DNA from: Octopus vulgaris
Taxonomy: Eukaryota
Assembly: GCA_951406725.2 (NCBI GenBank)
Contig: OX597833.1
Coordinates: 27,962,001-28,026,000, forward strand
Direction: 5' to 3'
DNA: 64,000 nucleotides
Under the pieces are notes generated by a model, which saw only the letters and a program-made list of their open reading frames with translations, did no database searches and was not told the DNA's origin. The position numbers and the translations under genes were made by a program. Positions 27,106-40,132 of this stretch are shown here, in pieces (position 1 is the first letter of the stretch; each line of letters opens with the position of its first letter).

Positions 27106-27368
27106 AAGACTACATAAATAGATAATTAAATAAAGTGTAGAAGGATTTGAGTAAGAGTGTGTGGAGAAGGATTGAGAAAGACGAAGAAATTTGAAGAATA
27201 AAAAAGGAGCGAAAGAAAAGCAAGAGAAAAGAAGCAAAAAAGTAAATGAAAGGAGGGAAGAAAGAAAATGAGATGGCGTGTGGGATTCAAAGAGAGATTT
27301 TATGGTTCGTATATTTATGTATATATATATAGATATGTTTATGTTTATGTGTATTTATGTAAGCATGA

Positions 27369-28545
<1,177 letters not shown>

Positions 28546-28670
28546 TCTATGAAGCGCCGGAGATGTGTGGGGGTGGAAGGAGGAAGGTGACATGCGCAGA
28601 TTGATGTTACTAAATTAACCAGGCTGCTTCATGTACTTCTTTCCTGTTACACAGACACACACACACACGT

Positions 28671-28749
<79 letters not shown>

Positions 28750-28757
<8 letters not shown>

Positions 28758-29917
28758 TAAACAGTAAAAATAATTACAGACATGAACAAGAACATGAAAC
28801 ACCACAGAGACGACACAAGAACCACAGGACGGGACATTCGAAGCCCTCAGTCATCAGTCAAGAACCAGATCATCTTAGCAATTTCGGCTGATTAATCTTG
28901 AGATTGCTCCGATATGGCCAGCCAGCCAAGGGAAATCTAAGCCAAGCGCATTAGATCCCCTGGAAGAAAGCTTCGAATGTATACAACACGAGGACGGAAA
29001 ACGAACGAAGTACACGAACAAAAATACAGAATACGTGACACCAATAAGAATGCAAAAACGTAAAAACAATAACGGTAATAATAAAAAATAAACAACAAAA
29101 CAAAACCAGGACGTAGGACAAGGGTCTTTCGACAGGACGAGTTAAGTATGGGGCTGGCTTGTGAAGTTGTGCCTAATGGCCGCGGGGAGACGAACAAATA
29201 CGTGTTGCTTCTGCGACTGCTGAAACGAAAAGAGCGCTCAACAGCGGCTAGCGGTCACGTGAGAACAAAAGACAGGAGAAAGGGACAGATGAAAAGAGAG
29301 AGAAGGTGGACGAGGGAGGAGAAGAAAGAGACAGATCGAGGGGGCTGGAGGTGAGAGAGATAGAGAAACGTAGAAGGGGGGGAAGACGGATGGAGAGGGA
29401 AAGAAAGGAAGGGGAATAAGGGAGGAGAGAGAGAGAGAAAGAGACAGATTAAGAGTCGTATCAATGTTAGAGAAAAAATATACTTATCGTATAAGGACAA
29501 TTGTGGATACGTAGCCGCCGATTATATAGGTAAACAGTAAAAATAATTACAGACATGGACAAGAACATGAAACACCACAGAGACGACACAAGAACCACAG
29601 GACGGGACATTCGAAGCCCTCAGTCATCAGTCAAGAACCAGATCATCTTAGCAATTTCGGCTGATTAATCTTGAGATTGCTCCGATATGGCCAGCCAGCC
29701 AAGGGAAATCTAAGCCAAGCGCATTAGATCCCCTGGAAGAAAGCTTCGAATGTATACAACACGAGGACGGAAAACGAACGAAGTACACGAACAAAAATAC
29801 AGAATACGTGACACCAATAAGAATGCAAAAACGTAAAAACAATAACGGTAATAATAAAAAATAAACAACAAAACAAAACCAGGACGTAGGACAAGGGTCT
29901 TTCGACAGGACGAGTTA
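28750..29917 (-). mobile_element. PLE partial tandem: two near-identical 395-bp pseudo-LTRs (28750-29144, 29523-29917) around a pyrimidine-rich 3' end
   Basis: Direct repeats with one difference seen (CATGAAC vs CATGGAC); no TG..CA ends; the internal part reads KYIFSLTL (like PLE ORF ends K.IF.L.TL) followed by a CT tract; flanked by (TA)n. Confidence 0.75.
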
Positions 29918-30146
29918 TATATATATATAGCATAATTAAATCTCAGAATGAGATTGAAACAGTAATCGCTCGATAATGTAAAGTATAGAAGCCATCTTAT
30001 CATGGCTAATCACATTGGGGAGGGGGTGTTACTGTAGCTTTATAGCCCCAAGAGATCTTCGTCTCTAGCTGGCTTTAGACACAATATCTGTGTCCTTGGA
30101 GTATTTTCAAAGAGAGGCCATCCCTTCCTCGCAAGCCTGAGTGATA

Positions 30147-30189
30147 CGCTCGAACTAGTTTCGGGATTGTTGTCCCTCGTCAACGGGCG
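30147..30189 (-). ncRNA. Minimal type I hammerhead motif (U3 variant)
   Basis: cgcccg-TTGACGA-GGGAcaacaaTCCC-GAAA-CTAG-TT-cgagcg. Confidence 0.65.
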
Positions 30190-30288
30190 GTAACCACCAG
30201 GTTTTTCGACATCAGTGGCAGACGCCATTAGAAAAACTTATATATATTTGCAAAGGAGCCTTCACTTTCGTCGCTACCTGGTGGTTAC

Positions 30289-30331
30289 TGCCCGTTGACG
30301 AGGGACAACAATCCCGAAACTAGTTCGAGCG
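30289..30331 (+). ncRNA. Minimal type I hammerhead motif (U3 variant)
   Basis: tgcccg-TTGACGA-GGGAcaacaaTCCC-GAAA-CTAG-TT-cgagcg. Confidence 0.65.
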
Positions 30332-30470
30332 TATCACTCAGGCTTGCGAGGAAGGGTTGGCCTCCCTTTGCAAATACTCCAAGGACACAGATATTGTGTC
30401 TAAAGCCAGCTAGAGATAAGATCTCTTGGGGCTATAAAGCTACGGTAACACCCCCTCCCCAATCTGGTTA

Positions 30471-30513
<43 letters not shown>

Positions 30514-30525
30514 TCCATTCTAGCA

Positions 30526-30572
30526 AAAACTGTCCGATGAACGGCAACGGGAAACTCAGAGTAACAGGTTTT
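30526..30572 (+). ncRNA. Degenerate type I hammerhead motif
   Basis: aaaactgt-CCGATGA-acggcaacgg-GAAA-CTCaGAG-TA-acaggtttt; U4 mutated and stem II weak; same stem III as 31394. Confidence 0.5.
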
Positions 30573-30621
30573 GTTGAATTTTCTGCCGCTTTAAATAAAG
30601 TATATATATATATATATATAA

Positions 30622-30836
30622 GAAGTTAATTATATGGTCCATCATAGAGTGACCAATGATTTCGCATCCATAAAGCGATTAGCTTTATGGACGGCTGGTC
30701 CGACTCTAATGGCCCTGGGCTATTACCTCACGTTATATGTTCGCGGCCATTACAGTCCGACGAGCTGTCTGTAAAGCTCAGCGCTTTATGGATGCGAAGC
30801 TATGGTCACTCTTTGACCGGACATATTATTAACTTC
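30622..30836. mobile_element. Palindromic MITE-like element (~215 bp) beside a TA run
   Basis: GAAGTTAAT..AGAGTGACCA..TTCGCATCCATAAAGCG..TAATGGCC versus GGCCATTA..CGCTTTATGGATGCGAA..TGGTCACTCT..ATTAACTTC. Confidence 0.6.
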
Positions 30837-31001
30837 CTGTAAATATATTACTGCTCTAACGTTTAGTGTCTGCTTATTTTTCTACTGACGATATATATAC
30901 ATAATATATATATGTGAATGAGAAAAAGAAGAAATTGGAGAAATTGACATGCAGACATCATGTGTGTGTGTGTATGTGTGTGTGTGTGTGTGTGTGTGTT
31001 T

Positions 31002-31039
<38 letters not shown>

Positions 31040-31393
31040 ATGTATATATACAAAATATGGGGGTTTAGTTCATGAGTGATCTAAACGACTAGGTAGGTAC
31101 ATAAATACATACATACATACATACATAAATACATACATACATACATACATACATACATACATACATACATACATACATACATACATAGTCTTCTGCAAAA
31201 GTTCCACCTCCTAATTTTACACGTATGTCATTGGTCAAACCTATGCTATAAGAGAAGACATTTGGCCAACATGCCACCTCGTGGAAGTGAACCAGAAACT
31301 CTGTAGTTACAAATGAGCACTTCTTAAGCACAGTTGGGGGAAATGTATTCAATACCATAGTATAGATTAATAATATATTTTATCTTAGTCAAA

Positions 31394-31439
31394 TTGCCTG
31401 AAGAGCTCGTACAGCCACAAGCGAAACTCAGAGTAACAA
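31394..31439 (+). ncRNA. Minimal type I hammerhead motif, canonical core
   Basis: ttgc-CTGAAGA-GCTcgtacagccacaAGC-GAAA-CTCaGAG-TA-acaa. Confidence 0.75.
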
Positions 31440-31501
31440 GAAACTTACGCAAGGGAGCGCTAAGCAATGATATGTAGAAATACAATGTTATTACCAGTCT
31501 A

Positions 31502-31908
31502 AATGTGCTCGAGACACGTTCGAACTGAGGAACAAGCCATTCACTGTGTTTTGTCTTGGAGAAAATTTCTTGCTGTAGCCAAATAATTCGCAGCGCCACC
31601 TACCTAGACATCTCAAAGTAGATGTCTTCTGATAAGTGCTATGCGATAGCGCTAATCAGCCATCGTACGATGACTGAAATAGCATAAGAGAAACAATCTC
31701 TTTGATCAGTTCGCAGCATCACCTGCCTGGTGGCTGTGGCTGAAGAGGGGACGACAACTCCGAAATGCTGGCATCTCACAGTCTAGGCAGGTGGTACGAC
31801 GAACTGATCTAGGTGTATACACACCATTTGTCTACAGCGAGAAATTTTCTCCATGACAAAATACAGTGGCTGGTTGGTTCCCCAGTCCGAACGTGCCTCA
31901 AGCATATT
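31502..31908 (+). repeat. Rod-like nested inverted repeat containing a hammerhead
   Basis: Outer arms about 31502-31584 and 31826-31908; inner arms GATCAGTTCG..ATCACCTGCCTGG / CTAGGCAGGTGGT..CGAACTGATC. Confidence 0.8.
31732..31783 (+). ncRNA. Type I hammerhead ribozyme, canonical core with long stem I
   Basis: GGCTGTGG-CTGAAGA-GGGGacgacaaCTCC-GAAA-TGCtgGCA-TC-TCACAGTC; all three stems pair; AUC site. Confidence 0.85.
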
Positions 31909-31949
31909 GCGTTTAACAAGAAACTGTCTCGGCCGAAATAATACATATG

Positions 31950-32021
<72 letters not shown>

Positions 32022-32022
<1 letters not shown>

Positions 32023-33593
32023 CTCTATATATATAAAACTGAGAATGTGTGTCTATCTGTCTGTCTGTATGTTTCCCTAAAACTTGAGGACTACACAACC
32101 AATTTCATTCAAATTTTACACATGCCTTACTTAGGGTTCATGTAGTTTCATGGGCAAAAAAAATGTTTAACTTCTTGCCTAGGGCGAGCCCATAGCAATA
32201 TCATATCTTCTCCACTATTTCAGTATTACGTGTTAAAAGTGAAACAAAAACATTTCTCTATTTTATGTCAGATACTTTCACTTTAACAATAACAATTAGA
32301 GATAATAATAACAATTGAATTATATGTAGTAAGTAATAATTAAAATCAAGCTAAAGTATGATATAATAATTAAATCGCAACATAACAAAAGTAAAAATAG
32401 CAATTGGTATAAAATTGCATCAATGACTTGAACTTGAATAAGTGGTTTCACATGAATGGAAATAAATTAAAAATAAAATTAGTGTGCAGAAATAGAATAG
32501 TCCAGGTGGAGCTGTGCATAAACCTTTTACCACGGCTTTTACATTAGATTATCTGCTAATTAGCTAGCATTAAGTATCTATATGAAGTTTGGCTGTATGT
32601 AATGTCAGTTTTCTCGAGCAGCCGCTTCAACTGAGTACTGCTGTTGGTTTATTCCTTATACATAAAGGACTATAGCTTCAACTGCATACTGCTTTTTGAT
32701 TTACCGTGAGGTTTGTTGTTATTATTATTACTGTTTAACTATTGTTATCACGTTTGTTGGTTCCTCGAAAGGGAAACGTTGTTGTGTTGCATTGTAAATG
32801 ATAACCCTCCCCCTTTGGGAGAAGGAGCTTTGGTTATTGTTTAAAAATTTAATTGTGTCCCTGTTTGGGGAAATTGACAATATTTTCACCGTTTATATGG
32901 AAGAATTTTTGTTAAAATGCCTTCGATAGAAGAAAGTCCAAAAATGAATTTCGCTGCAGCCGTCGGCGGGCGCGAACTCATTAAAATTAAAATGGAAGAA
33001 ATACAAACCTACTTCGGATTGATCACCGACAAAGACGGTGAATCTAGGATAACACCACCAAACGAAATAAAAAATTAAATTAAAGAAAAGTATACAATGT
33101 AGAGAAAAAAAAAGATTTGAACATCTGGAGGAAAGCATCATCGAAAAGTGTCTTGGTGCGACTATGAAATATATCCAGAGGCTGTAAATTCGCCACAATA
33201 GAAGCAAGGTTCGAGGAGTCAACGGAGCGTGCAAGGGAGTACTCGACTCAAACCTTGCAAAGTGGAAATATTTTATTTTTACCTGTATATCTGGGACGTA
33301 GGACGTCCCGGATAAAAATTTAAAATGTCACCCCAGAAGTAGAGGTAGGCTGGATTGTAGCCACACTTCTATACAAGAGGGAGGACAAGATACAATTGAT
33401 CGAAATTGCAAGAGACGGGCCTACAATTCCAGTCTGTTATATATTTTGAGTATTGTTATCACTAGCGATATCAAGATATAATTTGTATTTTGCATTTTAT
33501 GTGTAGATGTATATATATAGATGTACATGTAATATGTACACATATATACATGCACTAGCACTATGACCCAGCAGCGACGGGTCATAATGCTAG
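32022..33593 (+). mobile_element. Probable non-autonomous Helitron, possibly interrupted near its 3' end
   Basis: A|TCTCTATATATATAAAACTGAG start followed by (GTCT)n; 3' hairpin TATGACCC..GGGTCATA then CTAG|T; no TSD. That both ends belong to one element is inferred. Confidence 0.5.
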
Positions 33594-33644
<51 letters not shown>

Positions 33645-33654
33645 GTATACATAT

Positions 33655-33714
<60 letters not shown>

Positions 33715-33867
33715 GTGTGTGCATGTGTGTGTGCGTATGTGTGTATGTATGTATTATTAGATAATAAATCAATGGTACACACCTGGTAGCTTACCGGTAA
33801 ATTACGTTCCCTTTTACAGTATTCGTTGGGCATTTGATTAATGAAGGAGACGGGAAATGAAAGATAC

Positions 33868-35085
33868 TAGAATGTTTATTAATCACTACAGTTCATCTAG
33901 CAACGAACTTTCACGGGGGAGATACTTACCAATTGGTTTAGGAGTATCCGTCGGTGTAGGTGTGTCTCTTCAGGTGATTACAAGATTTATCTCATTAAAA
34001 TAACGACTGTTCCGCAAGATATCTTCTCGGTTTGTGCAAAGAAAAGCAGCAAATTAAGGAATGCAGCTTCATTTTTATAGAAGATCCTTAGTAAATAACG
34101 GATACAAAAAGAAACGAATATACAATACAATGAAAAAGTATTAAATATAACCGTTAACAGATGTATAAACGCTCTCACTTAGGTTGTGTAGCGCATGTAT
34201 ACTCGCTCGTACAAACATCCACGAAGATATAAGCATACGCACACGCAATGTTTTGGCGCACATACGCTCACACAGCGAATTAAATAGCTACTTATTGTTT
34301 ATAAGAGTGGGGAGGCTAGAGTTAAATTTAATTCAACCATACCTTAATGTAAATTATGATTATTAATTAGGTTAACTGACTCAAATTCATTCTCACTGCA
34401 TTGTGCAAAAGTGCATTTATAAGCATGTTTGCATCTTGAGGGTCTTTCAGAATTTCTATTAATGATCTTCTCATAGGTTCACAAAATAGACAGGGATTCC
34501 TCAGAGCAGAGTCTACATCTTGTGGAAAGGATAATATATTGTTGTGCGTGCCTTATTATGGACCAAGTTGTGTTATACTTAATTTTATCTTCCTTAAATC
34601 GCCACACAAAATCAGCCAAAGATGTTGAATGCCTCTTATTGATTTCCTTGAAGCTGACGATATGGTTGCGATAACGATTCTTGAATGAATCAGCCGTTGC
34701 CCAAACGTAAACATACGGTTCTCACCTTGTGTGTACGGTACATTTACATACAAGCTTCGTACTCATACAGGGGTTTATACATCCATATCTGTTAACGGTT
34801 ATATTTAATATTTTTTGCTGTACTGTGTATCCGTTTCTTTTTGTATCCGTTATTTATTAAGGATTTTCTATAAAAATGAAGCTGTATCTCTTAATTTGCT
34901 GCTTTCTATACACAAACCGAAAAGATATCTTGCAGAACAGTCATTATTTTAATGAGATAAATCTTTTAATAACCTGAAGAGACACACCTGCGCCGACGGA
35001 TACTCCCAAACCAGTTAAGTATCCCATCCGTGAACGATCGATGATAGATGGGTCGAAACAATTGTAGTGATTAATAAACAGTCTC
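33868..35085 (-). mobile_element. 5'-truncated PLE with inverted pseudo-LTRs (about 33868-34170 and 34773-35085) around a GIY-YIG C-terminal remnant
   Basis: ~300-bp inverted arms; minus-strand HSTSLADFVWRFKEDKIKYNTTWS, RCRLCSEESLSIL, IINRNSERPSRCKH. Confidence 0.85.
34967..35073 (+). ncRNA. Type I hammerhead with large stem II insertion
   Basis: taataac-CTGAAGA-GAC-[~68 nt]-GTC-GAAA-CAATTG-TA-gtgatta; palindromic stem III. Confidence 0.75.
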
Positions 35086-35092
35086 GTATCAT

Positions 35093-36367
35093 TCATTGCT
35101 GAGTATCATTTGAAAAGATTCTTGATGCCATCCTTGTAGTCCATTGCCTTCTTGTTGCCCAAGAAATTTTCACGGATCTAATTGAAAGCATTCCAGGCAG
35201 TTCCAGTTCATCCAGTGTTGACTTGAAGTTGAGAACTTTGAGTACTTCTCTAATTTGGGGTCTAACAAAGATATCCTCTTTCAACTTCGCCTGTGTGACT
35301 TTGGGAAACTTTTCTCTAGCATTTCTCTTTCCTAGTGTCTGTACAAACTGTTTCATCAATCCAAGCTTTATGTGAAAAGGAGGCAATAGGACATTACATG
35401 GACATTACAGTCTTGATGCCAACTGTTTTACTTTATCTTTTGAGAGGGATAGGTCTCTGACAAGGTTATTCAGTTCTGCTTGGGAAAATTTCTGAGGTTC
35501 AAAGCTATCGTCACCAGCCACGTAATCTTCCTCAGCAGTACCATATTGACAATCAGCATTATCATATGATGTTTCAATACCATCACCTGGTGGAACTGGA
35601 ATTGGCAGACTTTCATTGTAAGACACAGTTCTCGTGCAGAATCCAAATTGGAATACACAATTTTGTGTTTATTCTTCATAGAAAGTCCTGTGACATTTAC
35701 TTTGCAAAAATAACGGTCATTAAAATGGTCTTTCGGCTCTCTCTACATCATTGAAATGATAAAAGGCATGGACTTATTATTATTGAACTAGTCACGCAAG
35801 CTAGGCAGATAAAATGTGGTGCCCATAACTTGTCCTGATCTCCAAGAGGACAGACAAAGTATAGCTTATAAATCTCCTTGATCTCTGGTGTTATTGTACT
35901 TTTTGAGCTTTCACAATAAATTGTCCACAGACATAACAAAACACATTAGGACGATTTCTACACTTGACATTCTTAACATTGTAAAACAAGTAAGGAAATA
36001 GATGCAAACGGTTATACTTATATTGAATTTGAGATGATGAAATATTTCATCAGACCAATTATAACTGGACAATTTGAGACAAAATTTGATTAGTTAATTT
36101 AAGATGATGAAATATTGCATCTAAACTATGCAGCAATGAATAATGTAGTTTATTTTACTGGTATGTTTCCATGATGTAAATGAAATACATGCATACACGT
36201 CATTAATTGGAATTTCTATATAATGCATGAGCTAAAACCAACAAACTTTCTCATCTTGAAACATGTACGTGGTGTCAAAAAACTAATTGTATATTTGAAA
36301 TCAGCATTAAAAACTACACCAAGTACACCTTGATATATGCTTGATGAAAAATATTTACTGACCAGTG
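35093..36367 (-). mobile_element. Chapaev3 (CMC) DNA transposon remnant with 5' terminus and decayed transposase
   Basis: YF.CPLGDQDKLWAPHFICLAC, PQKFSQAELNNLVRDLSLSK...LASRL, PPFHIKLGLMKQFV; terminus CACTGGTCAGTAAATATT. Confidence 0.75.
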
Positions 36368-36490
36368 TAATCAATGATATTTAGCTTCCATTTTCCCAGG
36401 AATTGCAAAGACGATTATACGTATCACTCACTTCTCTTTGTCTCTCTCCAAGTACACACACATACACATACATATGTATATATACATACA

Positions 36491-36522
<32 letters not shown>

Positions 36523-36720
36523 CAATTAGATGTTAAAATAGCCTCATTAGGGGATAGTAATATCCAATGAATTACTGTTTCATTTTTTGTGAATAATAAC
36601 AGGTCTAATAATAGGTCTAAATATAAATCTTGGTTTATAAATATGAAAAAGAAAATGAAAATTTAGAAAATGGAGATGTAACATTAATATAATTTATTAT
36701 CTGCAAAAAGCCAACATATT

Positions 36721-36802
36721 CTCTTACGGCTGTTTCAATTTACCATAAAAGATTAAATTACAATAATTAAATCATTGTATAAGGCAAAATCTCATCAGAG
36801 GA
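36721..36802 (-). ncRNA. Type I hammerhead motif with long AT-rich stem II
   Basis: tcct-CTGATGA-[~55 nt]-GAAA-CAGCCG-TA-agag; resembles the 19032 motif. Confidence 0.55.
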
Positions 36803-37894
36803 GTAGAAAAGATATACCGTTAGGTTATTAGGTGTTGTGTTTTCAAATCATCTCAGCAGACTGAATATTATTTTGTTGCTAATATTGGTATAAACCTGGG
36901 CTAGGGGGGTGGGCATATGTTGTTTTAGTGGGTAATGGATAATGTGAATAGATAATGTATATATGTGTGTGTGTGTGTGTGCGTGTATGCATATATATGT
37001 ATATATATGTATATATATATAATTATTGAGGCACTTCACTGTGACTGTGTTACTCTCCTTCTTTCTCTTCCTCTTCGCCGAAATTCAACGCAAGATCAAC
37101 GAAGAACACCGAAGAATAACGATGAACAACGAAGAAAAGCGAAGTCTGCCGAGAACAATAAAAACTGAATGAGTAGACAACTATGTTCTTACTGACATTT
37201 TCTTTCTCACTCTTTCCTTCCACTGTCTTTCCATCTCCCTTTCTCTCTCTCTCTTTCTCCCTCCCTCCCTCTCTCTCTTATTCTCTTTCACTCACTGTCT
37301 ATCTATCTATCTCTATCCATCTTTCTATCTTCCATTCTCCCTCTCCATATTTTTCTCTCCATTGACAAAAGACGTTCTTAATATTCAACATTATATCGGG
37401 AGTTCTTTTTTATAATTTTTTCGTATTTGTTGCCTATTAAAATGATGTTGACCTGTAACGACAGTAATTCTCTGCTTCGGGCGCATCTTTCGATAACGGA
37501 GGAGAGTCTTGATTTGGCTGAGGGGATGTATGTGTGTGTTTGTATGTGTGTACAGAGAGGAAGACAAACAGACAGAGACAGAGAAGGAAAGAGACAAAGT
37601 GAGAGAGGCAGTCAGACAGTCAGACGACAGACAGACAGACCGATGGAGGGACAGAGAGTGATTGTGAAAGATAGATAGATAGATAGATAGATAGAGAAGA
37701 AGAAGAAGAAGAAGAAGAAGAAGAAGAAGAAGAAGAAGAATGTGGATGAGGAGGAGGAGGAGGGCAGGAGGGGGGAGGGGGAAGATGGGGAGGAAAGAAA
37801 GACGGAAAGAAAGAAAAATAGAAAGATAGAAATCCTGCTCTATTGCCGTGTTTCTGCCTCTCTTCCTTACTCTAACTTTCTCTCTCTCTCTCTC

Positions 37895-37936
<42 letters not shown>

Positions 37937-37948
37937 TCTATGTGTATG

Positions 37949-38003
<55 letters not shown>

Positions 38004-38466
38004 ATATATATATATAATGTCTCTATCTACTTCGTTATAACAGTCTTTATTATTTTTTTCTCTTCTCTCTTCCGCTGCTTCTTTTTTCTGCACACATACA
38101 CAGACTTTTTCTTCTCTTTCACAACCTATCCACTTTAAACACATTCTCTTATTCTCTTATTCTTTCTCTCTTTCTCTCTGACTACCTCTTTCTTTCACTC
38201 TCACGCACATACAAACATATACACGATATATACATAAGCGGTATCTCTTCTTTGCATGATGATGATCAGAAGAAGAAGAAGAAGAAGAAGAAGAAGAAGA
38301 ATAACAACAACAACAACAACAGCAACAACAGCAACAACAACAACAACAACAACAAAATTGTTGGTAATAATAGCCCTTGATAACAAGTACAACAATAACA
38401 TTTCCTTTATCTGCCAACAAGAAATTATAGCAACAATAAGATGAATACTTAAACAAACGAGAAAAT

Positions 38467-38557
<91 letters not shown>

Positions 38558-38927
38558 AGAAGTAGAAAAAAGAAGGTTGTTGAGAGATAAGAAGGATATA
38601 TAAATAGAGAGAGAGAAAAACAAGAAAGAGAGAGAGAAAGAGAAAACGTCGTGGCTGGCGGTCATGGAAGTTTTGTTGTTTCTTCATTTTAAGTATCGTC
38701 TCATATCAGCCATGTTTCCGTAGCTTGTTTTGTACAGTAAGCAATGAAAGAAGCAAAAGAATAAGAACAAGAGAGTTTGCCACAGGTTTTTCCATTCTTT
38801 TTCTTCTTTTCTTTCTTTCTTTCTTTCTTTCTTTCTATCTTTTTTTACTTACTTTTCCATATATTTCTCATTCTCTCACGTAGTTCTTTCTATATTCCTG
38901 GCAATCATTCGCTTTTCCTTTTTCGTT

Positions 38928-38975
<48 letters not shown>

Positions 38976-38996
38976 TCTCTCTCTCTATTTATATTC

Positions 38997-39040
<44 letters not shown>

Positions 39041-39088
39041 GTATATATTAGAGCATTCTATCACTTTGCGTTGATACATAAGTACATA

Positions 39089-39131
<43 letters not shown>

Positions 39132-39230
39132 GTGTATTTAAGTATGTATGAATAGATACATATACCTAGCTTCCTCTCTGATATATAAAGAGAGAGGCGG
39201 GCGGGGGACGAACGAAAAGGAACAAGAACT

Positions 39231-39372
<142 letters not shown>

Positions 39373-40064
39373 CTTCGAACGTTGAGATCTTTGCGTATGG
39401 TTTTCTCCTAGATTCATTACACCTAGTCAGGATCCAATTAAAGCATACGTAGCACAGATAACTGGATTCTTAAAACTGCAACACCCTTCGGGCCGTCCGC
39501 CATAACAACAGCTATTTATCTCTGCTCTATAATATACTCACAACTTGTTTGCGACTTTAATGGAAACAAATGATGTAGGTAATCTTGAATGTTAAACAGA
39601 GTTAAAGCTTTTAACCGTAATACAACTGAGATTTCGTTTCCTCTTTCCTTTTCATTTTTGTTCGCCATTTTGTTTCCCATCTCCTTTCTTCCTTTCTATC
39701 CTTGCTTCTTTCCGTCTTCCTTTCTTCTTTTCTTTCTGTCTTGTATATTTTCTCTTTAATCTTTTTTGCTCTGTTTTGTTTTGTGTTGTTTCGTATTTTT
39801 TTTTCTTTCGTTTCATTACCACTCTTTTCGATTCTTTTCTTTCATGTTTTTCGTTTCTTTTTCGGATTTCTTCCATCATCCTTTCCACTACACACTCTCT
39901 ACATCTTCCGTATATTCTCGTTGCCAGCCTGTGTGTCTGTATCTCGGTCTGACTGCATGCTTCTACATTTGTCTCTCTGTCTGTGTATACATGAAAGTAC
40001 GAATATATATGTGTGTGTGTATTATGTACGTACGTATTTATGTATATGTATGCATATATATATG

Positions 40065-40132
<68 letters not shown>

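Larger units (their letters stand above)
30002..30475. repeat. Inverted repeat (~200-bp arms, 73-bp spacer) with a hammerhead in each arm
   Basis: 30002-30202 is the near-perfect reverse complement of 30276-30475. Confidence 0.92.

Noticed and set aside
28850-28890. Type II hammerhead reading of GAAA...CTGATGA (CTGAGGA in the 19950-19990 copy)
   Set aside because: Stems I and II do not pair in either copy, whereas the pseudoknot model shows covariation; the conserved boxes remain unexplained
28750-29917. LTR retrotransposon or TRIM
   Set aside because: No TG..CA termini, primer-binding site or 4-6-bp TSD; a PLE partial tandem fits better
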